From an uncultured Bacilli bacterium (lineage in GTDB: Bacteria > Bacillota_I > Bacilli_A > RF39 > UBA660): a stretch of 64,000 nt of DNA. Under the pieces are notes generated by a model. The model did no database searches. It worked only from the letters and a program-made list of their open reading frames with translations, and had not been told where the DNA came from. The stretch lies in NCBI GenBank assembly GCA_934130005.1, contig CAKOXD010000003.1:41980-105979 (forward strand). The letters are read 5' to 3'. Positions 20,885 to 28,401 of the stretch are shown here, in pieces. Each line of letters begins with the position of its first letter. Position 1 is the stretch's first letter. The translations under genes and the position numbers were made by a program.

Positions 20885-21241
20885 CTAATTATTATTGTTG
20901 TTGTTATTATTGTTATTATTATTATTTGATGATGAACCAGAGTATCCTCCCGAACCACTTGATGAAGTATAATGTGGTGTTATTCTAAATATAGTATTAC
21001 TTATTAATATAGCATCAAATGCACTTGTTTTTGGACTTGCTTCTGTTGTTTTAACAATTTTTGTTCCTTGTTTATAATTTATATACTTATTTGTAGTGTT
21101 TATTGAATTATTTTTATCTTCTGATAAAAAATCATATATTTCATTTAGTTGTTCATCTGTAAGATTAAAATATTTGGATAGTTCATAACATCTTTTCTTT
21201 CTTATGATTTCATTATATGTTTTAGCTTCTTTATTTATCAT
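20885..21241 (-). CDS. Small protein with Ser/Gly/Tyr-rich tail ending in poly-Asn (13 N)
   Basis: 118 aa; …TPHYTSSSGSGGYSGSSSNNNNNNNNNNNNN. Its start overlaps the stop of the upstream radical SAM gene (ATGA). Confidence 0.45.
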   Translation of the reverse strand: MINKEAKTYNEIIRKKRCYELSKYFNLTDEQLNEIYDFLSEDKNNSINTTNKYINYKQGTKIVKTTEASPKTSAFDAILISNTIFRITPHYTSSSGSGGYSGSSSNNNNNNNNNNNNN

Positions 21242-22971
21242 AAATTTTCCTCCTTTAAGTAATAAAATTCTATATTTTGAAATGGTAAATTAATAGCATT
21301 TATATGATAATAAGCATTATTTTTTTGTTTTATATAGTGATAATCTCTTAAAGCATTAGTTGTAAAAAATATGTTATTTGGACTTTCAGTTGATAAGTAA
21401 TTACTATATTCTTTTATAAATTTTGTTATATCATAACAAAGATATTCTGATTTATCGCTTTTATTTTTTTCGAGTACGTTTTTATAGACTTGTAATGAAG
21501 CAATATGTTCTTGTTTTATTCTTCCTTCATCACCATATTGAATTAGATTTCCACTGAGTAATATAATATATAATGAATTATTTAAAGGATAATCACATTC
21601 CATATCAAGTAAATTATTTTTTATATAAAGTTTTATTTTGCTTTCTTCTGTTAAATAAATTATATCTCTTGATTTTTTTATTATTTGTGATTCTAGCTTA
21701 TATTCTGTATCATCAACTTTTAATATAAATGCTTCATCACTATAAATATATTTTAATTTAGGATCTTCATTTATTATGTTATGTAATGTTTTAATATTGT
21801 TTTCTTCTTGTGGAATATATTTTTCTATACTAGAGGGATGCATTTTAGAAACATAAAAATATGTTGAATCTAAATTAGTATCTTTTTCATAATTTCTTTT
21901 TTTATATAATTCTTGTTGTAATTTACATGTATATGATTTGTTGTTTTTATACACATTTTTTACAAATGGGCATCCTGTTTTACAAATATATAAGTATCCA
22001 CATTTACTACATTCATCATTAAATTCAAGTCTATTATGATTTAGAAACATTTTTTCACGTGCTGTTTTAAGTATTTCTTCTACAGTATTATTATATATGT
22101 TTCCAAAATAGTAGTCTTTATTTTTTTGTCCTCTAACACATGAATACATATCACCGTTTTTTTCTAGTAAAAAGAATTTCTCACCACAGTTATCACAGTT
22201 TGTACAATATTCTGGTCCAAATTCATTAAACCAAGCTCCATTTACTCCTTTATCTAAAGATGTTCCATCAAATTCTTTGTGCATTCTATTAAAAAATTCT
22301 ACTTGTTCTTCTTCTGTTAATGGTGTAAGTAAATTATTACTATTAAATTGAAATCCTATCATGAAATTAAAGTCATTCATATCAAGTGATGTATTTTTAT
22401 CTAAAAATTTTATATTTTCTATCATTTCATCTATTAACAAATAATGTTCTTTAAAAATAGTTGCGGATACTTTCTTTTTATTGTTAATATTATTTAATAA
22501 TTCTATATTCTTTAGTATCTTATCAAGCGTTGTTTTATTTCCTTTTGTTACTCTAAATTTATCATGAAGTGAAAATGGTAAATCTAAACTTCCACTTACT
22601 GAGACATTATATTCTTTTATTGTATCTATGTGTTTATCTAAATTATATAAATTTGTTTTTATATGTGGACTTAAGGCTTTAAATCCATTTTCTTCTAACA
22701 GTTTTTTATTTTTTTTATAATAATTATATATATATTCAATTAATTCTCTAAATTCCTCTTTTTTTAGTGTTGTTACTTCTCCACCATGAAGTGATATATT
22801 AAATGGGATCACATTATCTTGCTTTAATTTTTCTACTGTATATTTTAGTGTATCTAATGCGCTATGTTTTGTACTGATATCTTTTGTATTTTCTTCTAAA
22901 TAACAATATTTACATGCCATATTACATGCCATAGTAGGCACATATAATAAATGAATAAATTTATAATCCAT
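21238..22971 (-). CDS. Radical SAM / SPASM-domain protein with uncharacterised ~220-aa C-terminal extension
   Basis: 577 aa. CNMACKYC (CX3CX2C) sits at residues 16-23. A SPASM-like Cys cluster reads CTNCDNCGEKFF…CVRG…CSKCGYLYICKTGCPF. Confidence 0.75.
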   Translation of the reverse strand: MDYKFIHLLYVPTMACNMACKYCYLEENTKDISTKHSALDTLKYTVEKLKQDNVIPFNISLHGGEVTTLKKEEFRELIEYIYNYYKKNKKLLEENGFKALSPHIKTNLYNLDKHIDTIKEYNVSVSGSLDLPFSLHDKFRVTKGNKTTLDKILKNIELLNNINNKKKVSATIFKEHYLLIDEMIENIKFLDKNTSLDMNDFNFMIGFQFNSNNLLTPLTEEEQVEFFNRMHKEFDGTSLDKGVNGAWFNEFGPEYCTNCDNCGEKFFLLEKNGDMYSCVRGQKNKDYYFGNIYNNTVEEILKTAREKMFLNHNRLEFNDECSKCGYLYICKTGCPFVKNVYKNNKSYTCKLQQELYKKRNYEKDTNLDSTYFYVSKMHPSSIEKYIPQEENNIKTLHNIINEDPKLKYIYSDEAFILKVDDTEYKLESQIIKKSRDIIYLTEESKIKLYIKNNLLDMECDYPLNNSLYIILLSGNLIQYGDEGRIKQEHIASLQVYKNVLEKNKSDKSEYLCYDITKFIKEYSNYLSTESPNNIFFTTNALRDYHYIKQKNNAYYHINAINLPFQNIEFYYLKEENL

Positions 22972-22980
22972 ACTACCACC

Positions 22981-24639
22981 CTAATTATAATATAAATATA
23001 ATGAAATAAAATTTGAATATGTATTAAGAGTTTCTACTTTCGATACTTTTACAGCTATATCGGAGTTTATTACTTTATATGGCGTATCTTTAGTTATTGT
23101 AAATGTAGTAACTTCTCCATTCATTTTATATTCCATTATGAATTTTTTTACTCCATTTTCTTCTTTTACTTCTTTTAAAGTCAAAGTTGAGTTATATATT
23201 TTTGAGTCTTTATAATAAACAAAGTTTTTTTCTTCTTTGATAGAGAAAATTGAAAATGCCACATGTTTAAATTTACTTTCATCAAAAAAGCTTACTTTTT
23301 TATTTTCTACTTTTGGTTCTTCTACAGTATTATCTTCTTCACCAAATTGTTTTACAATTGTTGGACTTTCTTTAAATGCTCTTTCATTTATATATATATT
23401 ACTTGGAAGTGTTATAGAATATAATCTACTACATTTTCTAAAAGCGGATGATCCTATTTCATTTAATTTACTGTTTTCTGAAATTTTTACTTCACTTAAA
23501 TTAGTTGCCCCATAAAATGCGTGTCCACCTATTCTTGTAACATTATCTGGTATTTCTATACTTTTTAATGATGTACATTCTTCAAAGGTATTACCTCTAA
23601 TTTCTGTTATATTTTCTGGTAATTTAATACTTTCAAGCGAACTACAATTTTTAAATGCACTTCCATGTATGGAAGTAATATTATCACTTAGATTTATATT
23701 TTTTAATGATTTGCATCCTTCAAAGGTACTTCCATTTATTTCTGTTAATGTATCAGGTAGTTCTATTTTTTCTAATGAAGTACAGTTTTTAAATGCACTT
23801 CCTCCTAAATAATTTAAATTATTAGGAAGTTTTACATAAATTAAATTACTATCATTTAAAAATACTCTTCCTCTTATTTCTTTTATGCTATCTGGTAAAT
23901 ATATTTTTTTTAAGTTTCTTAAATTAGCAAACACATTTCCTCTTATACTTAATACTTTTTTTCCTTTATATGTTTCTGGCACTTTAATTTCTTCTTTATT
24001 TATTAGTCCCATTGTATAAAATCTTAATGAATATCCGTCTTCATATTTTTCATAAAACATCATTGGTTTAAAAAATATAGCCATTGGTAAAATTATTGAT
24101 ATTAAAATAGGAATAATTTTTTTAGCATAATTTGGCATTACTTTATCACTTATAACAGATGATACAACAAGTGAAATATCTTCATCTGGTCTTGCTTTTA
24201 CTTGTTTATAAAGATAATTTACTATATTGTATTTTTTTATAAACATAATATAAACTACTACGTTTAAAATAAGCAAAAGATACATTAAACTTGATATATG
24301 AAAAAATACAGTTGAAAAAATTAAAAAATTTAAAATAGAAAAAATTAAAGTTAAATTAAATTTTCTTTTTTCTATATATTCTATTGCATCTTTATAATTA
24401 TAATTATTTTTTTTGAGTTCTTCTTTTATAAATGTTTTTATTATTTCCTTTTCACTTTTTCTATATATTGGTTCTATATCATTTTGTTCTTGTGATATTA
24501 TACCTGGTATTTTAAGGCTACTTCTACCTTTTTTATTAACTAAAATAACAATAACCATTATAATTATTGGTAAAGAACTAAACATTATCGAAAAAAATGT
24601 TGAAATTAATGTAATAACTAAATTAAAAATCACTTCCAT
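22981..24639 (-). CDS. Multi-TM N-terminal domain + BspA-type leucine-rich repeat (LRR_5) protein
   Basis: 552 aa with about 5 TM helices. At least 7 repeats fit the pattern L.DSI..I…AF..C.SL..I.LP. Confidence 0.65.
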   Translation of the reverse strand: MEVIFNLVITLISTFFSIMFSSLPIIIMVIVILVNKKGRSSLKIPGIISQEQNDIEPIYRKSEKEIIKTFIKEELKKNNYNYKDAIEYIEKRKFNLTLIFSILNFLIFSTVFFHISSLMYLLLILNVVVYIMFIKKYNIVNYLYKQVKARPDEDISLVVSSVISDKVMPNYAKKIIPILISIILPMAIFFKPMMFYEKYEDGYSLRFYTMGLINKEEIKVPETYKGKKVLSIRGNVFANLRNLKKIYLPDSIKEIRGRVFLNDSNLIYVKLPNNLNYLGGSAFKNCTSLEKIELPDTLTEINGSTFEGCKSLKNINLSDNITSIHGSAFKNCSSLESIKLPENITEIRGNTFEECTSLKSIEIPDNVTRIGGHAFYGATNLSEVKISENSKLNEIGSSAFRKCSRLYSITLPSNIYINERAFKESPTIVKQFGEEDNTVEEPKVENKKVSFFDESKFKHVAFSIFSIKEEKNFVYYKDSKIYNSTLTLKEVKEENGVKKFIMEYKMNGEVTTFTITKDTPYKVINSDIAVKVSKVETLNTYSNFISLYLYYN

Positions 24640-24725
24640 ACTATCACCTATTAAAATTATATCATATATTGTTTATTTTTTTTCATAAAAAAATATAATT
24701 TAAAATGTAAATTATATTTTTTATT

Positions 24726-25340
24726 TTATTTGTATTTCATAATTTTTTTATTACTACTTGAAACATATTCTTCAAGATATTGATGTTCATTAAGTGATTT
24801 TTTTACATCAATATTATAATCTACTACTGTACAATGTGCATAAACATCATCATAATATTCTCTTATTCTTACACCACCTAATGATTCCATAGTTTTCCAT
24901 GATGCTGGATTATTTAAATCGGCATCCATAAAAACTTTATCTATTCCATATTCATCACATACTTTTAATCCTAAATATAAATTAATTTTATTATATCCTT
25001 TTTTTCTTTCACTTGGTCTTATTCCATAACCAATATGTCCACCAAATTTTTTTAGTGTTTCATTTAAAGCTAATCTTATATTAATCATACCTATAATTTT
25101 GTTATCATTTTCTCTTATTAAGAAATATGTTCTTGCTGGAACTTTTTCTTCATTTGGTATTCTAGCATAGTCTTCTTCTAATTTTTCTAACCAGCCTTCA
25201 TAATTATCTAAGTATTTTTTTAAACTACTAGAACCATTAATATCAGAATTAGCATTTAAATGTTCTTGAATATATTCTATCGCTTCTTCCTTTCTTTCAA
25301 TAGATGGAATTTCTAAATATAATTTTTCCATTAATATCAC
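24726..25340 (-). CDS. GNAT-family N-acetyltransferase
   Basis: 204 aa. An acetyl-CoA-binding-like segment (GYGIRPSERKKGY) and a GNAT-like length. Confidence 0.55.
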   Translation of the reverse strand: MILMEKLYLEIPSIERKEEAIEYIQEHLNANSDINGSSSLKKYLDNYEGWLEKLEEDYARIPNEEKVPARTYFLIRENDNKIIGMINIRLALNETLKKFGGHIGYGIRPSERKKGYNKINLYLGLKVCDEYGIDKVFMDADLNNPASWKTMESLGGVRIREYYDDVYAHCTVVDYNIDVKKSLNEHQYLEEYVSSSNKKIMKYK

Positions 25341-25349
25341 CTTTTCTTC

Positions 25350-25522
25350 TTATATTTTTTTAAAATAGTACACATTCTCTAGTAATTGTAATTTTTCAAG
25401 CATTCTTGTTTTTATCAATTTACCACCCATGTGTTTATAAAATTCATTACTAGGATTTCCAATAAGGCATCCTATTAACATTTTATCATAACCCATATTT
25501 TTTAATTCTTCTATTCTAATTA
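25350..25522 (-). pseudogene. Possible remnant of a second GNAT-like gene (C-terminal fragment only)
   Basis: Minus-frame translation gives …KLIRIEELKNMGYDKMLIGCLIGNPSNEFYKHMGGKLIKTRMLEKLQLLENVYYFKKI* after an in-frame stop. It has no start or N-terminal domain. Confidence 0.25.
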
Positions 25523-25604
25523 ATTTTCTTTTAATAAATTAAAATAATTCTATCTATCTTGTATATAAATTTATTATCATAAATTGAATGTTTCTAAAGT
25601 TTAT

Positions 25605-25705
25605 TTTTGATATCTTGATATATTAAGTATAATTCCCATACTACATAATGTTATTAATAAACTAGAGCCTCCATAACTTAAAAATGGAAGTGTTACACCT
25701 GTTAC
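25605..25705. repeat. Direct repeat copy 1 of the ftsW 3' end (101 bp, 1 mismatch to 26319..26419)
   Basis: tttgatatcttgatatattaagtataattcccatactacataatgttatta(a/g)taaactagagcctccataacttaaaaatggaagtgttacacctgttact. Copy 1 is followed in frame by its own TAA (25601..25603). Confidence 0.8.
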
Positions 25706-25781
25706 TAGTTCAAAGGGAGATAATTTCATAAGTTGCAGTTCTAAGGAGAGATGATTTTTATAATTATTTATCACAAAAACA

Positions 25782-25810
25782 TTGTATATAGAATATTTGC
25801 TTACTATAAT
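25782..25810 (+). promoter_or_regulatory. Sigma-A-like promoter for the small hydrophobic peptide ORF
   Basis: TTGTAT (25782..25787), a 17-nt spacer and TATAAT (25805..25810). Confidence 0.4.
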
Positions 25811-25876
25811 ACTTTTAGGAACATTTAGTTGTTGAGTGTCTACCTCTACTCTACATAGAGAGGAGGTTATTGATAT

Positions 25877-25960
25877 ATGAGCAAGAAGGATTTTTTAATC
25901 TCAATCTTACTTTTTATAATCATCTTATTAATAGCTTTACTCTTCATTATCTTGAAGTAG
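25877..25960 (+). CDS. 27-aa hydrophobic peptide (candidate type I toxin-like small membrane peptide)
   Basis: [32 protein letters not shown] lies 7 nt upstream. The RBS is embedded in the imperfect hairpin CCTCT…AGAGG. The imperfect hairpin GGCACT…AGTGCC lies downstream. Confidence 0.3.
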   Translation: MSKKDFLISILLFIIILLIALLFIILK

Positions 25961-26111
25961 TATCAACTATAAATAAAAATGGCACTCATCTTTCAAGATA
26001 AGTGCCTTAACGTATATTACGGGTAGACATTCAGCTTGACGAACTAAATGTTCCCTTTTTTATTATATGCAAGAATACTTGCTACATACATAATAACATA
26101 TTTTTAATCAT

Positions 26112-26285
26112 TTAGCAATTATTTGATAAAAAAATATTTTTTATTATTTTTTCTATCTCAAAAGATATACATTCACTACCAGTTTCATCTATAACGCTAA
26201 ATACTTTCCCATAATTATTTAACCAAGAAAAATCTTGATATTCTCTTAATTTAAATTCTACATCGTCTATTTTTTGTATTATCAT
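26112..26285 (-). CDS. 57-aa ORF, possibly an N-terminal gene fragment
   Basis: MIIQKIDDVEFKLREYQDFSWLNNYGKVFSVIDETGSECISFEIEKIIKNIFLSNNC. It is below the ORF-track cutoff and I recognised no domain. Confidence 0.2.
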   Translation of the reverse strand: MIIQKIDDVEFKLREYQDFSWLNNYGKVFSVIDETGSECISFEIEKIIKNIFLSNNC

Positions 26286-26313
26286 TTATATCACTTACAT
26301 CAATTATACCACA

Positions 26314-27411
26314 CTATCTTTGATATCTTGATATATTAAGTATAATTCCCATACTACATAATGTTATTAGTAAACTAGAGCCTCCATAACTTAAAAATGG
26401 AAGTGTTACACCTGTTACTGGTATTAATCCTGTTACTACCATTAAATTTAATAATGCTTGAAATGATAGACCAAAAGTAATACCAAATGCTAAAAATTTA
26501 CCAAATGGTTCTTTTATATTTCTTGATATTTTAAGTCCTTTAATTATAATTATTAAAAATAATGTAGCAACTATTAATATTCCCATAAATCCAAATTCTT
26601 CACTTATAATTGAAAATATAAAATCTGTTTGAGGTTCTGGTAAATAAAAGTGTTTTTGTCTTGAATTTAAAAATCCATATCCAAATAAACCACCTGGACC
26701 TATAGCATATAAACTCTGTATTATTTGAAATCCGCTTCCTAAAGGATCACTCCATGGATTTAAAAAGGATAATATTCTTTTTAATCTATAAGGTGCGACT
26801 ACAATAAGTCCTGTTATTCCAAGTAGTCCTATTAAAAATAAATATATAAAGAATTTTAAATTAACCCCACCTACAAATAATAATCCAATTATTGTTACTA
26901 TTATAATAAATCCTGTTCCAAAATCTGGTTGTAACATAATAAGAGCAAATATAATAAAAGTTATAAATAGAATTGGTAATACACCTTTTTTGATATTCTT
27001 TATTATTTTTTCATTATTGCTTAAATATTTTGATGTAAATATTATAAGTGCCAGTTTACAGGCTTCACTTGGTTGAATTCCAAATGATCCTATTCCAAAC
27101 CAACTACGACTTCCATTTCTAACTGTTCCTATTCCTGGAATTGCTACTAATATTAATAAAATAATACAAGCAAATAATATTATATTGGCTTTTTCATAGT
27201 ATATTTTATAATCTATTTTGCTTATTATTATCATCAAAAACATACCAATTAATAAAAATAATGCTTGATTTTTCACAAATTTAAACGGATCGTTAAATTT
27301 GTATTCTGCCCATACATAAGATGCTGAATAAACCATGATAACTCCAAATATACTAATTGTTAAAATAGCTAAAAATAATGTATAATCTATACTGTTTTTT
27401 TTCATAACCAT
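26314..27411 (-). CDS. FtsW/RodA/SpoVE family peptidoglycan glycosyltransferase (SEDS)
   Basis: The track ORF runs 26314..27489. The likely start is MVMKKNS (27411), where the MraY TGA overlaps the ATG. About 10 TM helices and conserved SEDS blocks (…PSEACKLALII…, …GLLFVGG…). Confidence 0.85.
   Translation of the reverse strand: MVMKKNSIDYTLFLAILTISIFGVIMVYSASYVWAEYKFNDPFKFVKNQALFLLIGMFLMIIISKIDYKIYYEKANIILFACIILLILVAIPGIGTVRNGSRSWFGIGSFGIQPSEACKLALIIFTSKYLSNNEKIIKNIKKGVLPILFITFIIFALIMLQPDFGTGFIIIVTIIGLLFVGGVNLKFFIYLFLIGLLGITGLIVVAPYRLKRILSFLNPWSDPLGSGFQIIQSLYAIGPGGLFGYGFLNSRQKHFYLPEPQTDFIFSIISEEFGFMGILIVATLFLIIIIKGLKISRNIKEPFGKFLAFGITFGLSFQALLNLMVVTGLIPVTGVTLPFLSYGGSSLLITLCSMGIILNISRYQR
26319..26419. 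repeat. Direct repeat copy 2 (authentic 3' end of ftsW/spoVE-family gene)
   Basis: It matches 25605..25705. Confidence 0.8.
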
Positions 27412-28391
27412 ACTCCATAAATTATTGCAAGCATAGATCCTATAAGTCCGATAATCCAAAATAGTTTTACTATATCTCTTTCTTCCCATCCTATTTTTTC
27501 AAATGTATGATGTATTGGAGTCATTAAGAATAACCTTTTATGAGTTAGTTTATAATAATATCTTTGTATTAAGCATGTAAGCGTTTCAAGTACAAAGACA
27601 ATTCCTATTAGTATTAAAAGTAATTCATGTCTAGATAATATAGCAAGTGATCCTAAAGTTGCACCAAGTGCTAAAGACCCAGTGTCTCCCATAAATATTT
27701 TAGCAGGATTTGTATTAAATACTAAAAATCCCATGATACCACCTACTAATATAAAACAGAATAAAGCGATTTCTTCATATCCTTCTAACCATCCAGTATT
27801 ATACATTATTATTCCAAATGTAGTAATTGATATTACTGAAAGACCTCCTGCTAAACCATCTAATCCATCTGTTATGTTTACTGCATTTGAACTTGCTACT
27901 AAAATAAATAAAATAAATAATCCATAAAACCAATTAATATCTAATTTTAAATTTAATGAATGAATCCATAATAGTGGTTCATTATCTGCTTTTAAAAATA
28001 AGTAAAAGAATACAATAGCAACTAGTATTTGAGATATTAATTTTTCTACTTCTGTTAATCCTTTGTTATTATTTCTTTTTATTATTAAATAATCATCTAA
28101 AAATCCTATTAATGAGTATGATAAAAAAGTAAATATTATAATAATAAAATTATAAGTTATACTAATTTTATTTGTAAAATATAAAACAAGAATAGAAAAT
28201 ATTGTTGAAAATATAAATATTAATCCTCCCATTGTTGGAGTATGTGACTTCTTTTTATGTCTTTCTTCTAAATATATACTGAGTCTTTGATTCGCTCTTT
28301 TTTTTAAAATTGGAATTAAGATGATTGCAAATAAAAGAGCTAACATAAATCCTATTAGACTTGCTAATATAGCTTTTGTAAGTATAAGCAT
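27402..28391 (-). CDS. mraY: Phospho-N-acetylmuramoyl-pentapeptide transferase
   Basis: 329 aa and 10 TM. Conserved MraY blocks: NAVNITDGLDGLA, HHTFE…, and D-D-rich loops. Confidence 0.9.
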   Translation of the reverse strand: MLILTKAILASLIGFMLALLFAIILIPILKKRANQRLSIYLEERHKKKSHTPTMGGLIFIFSTIFSILVLYFTNKISITYNFIIIIFTFLSYSLIGFLDDYLIIKRNNNKGLTEVEKLISQILVAIVFFYLFLKADNEPLLWIHSLNLKLDINWFYGLFILFILVASSNAVNITDGLDGLAGGLSVISITTFGIIMYNTGWLEGYEEIALFCFILVGGIMGFLVFNTNPAKIFMGDTGSLALGATLGSLAILSRHELLLILIGIVFVLETLTCLIQRYYYKLTHKRLFLMTPIHHTFEKIGWEERDIVKLFWIIGLIGSMLAIIYGVWL

Positions 28392-28401
28392 TAATTCCCT
28401 C

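Noticed and set aside
26031-26054. GAACTAAATGTTC near the small-peptide gene as an additional LexA box
   Set aside because: The spacer between GAAC and GTTC is 5 nt, not the 4 nt seen in the lexA boxes. The segment is better explained as the complement of the peptide mRNA leader.
25605-26419. Calling the ftsW-end duplication a prophage or ICE
   Set aside because: There is no integrase, excisionase or phage or conjugation gene between or beside the repeats. Only about 610 bp are enclosed. I report it as a remnant or miniature insert only.
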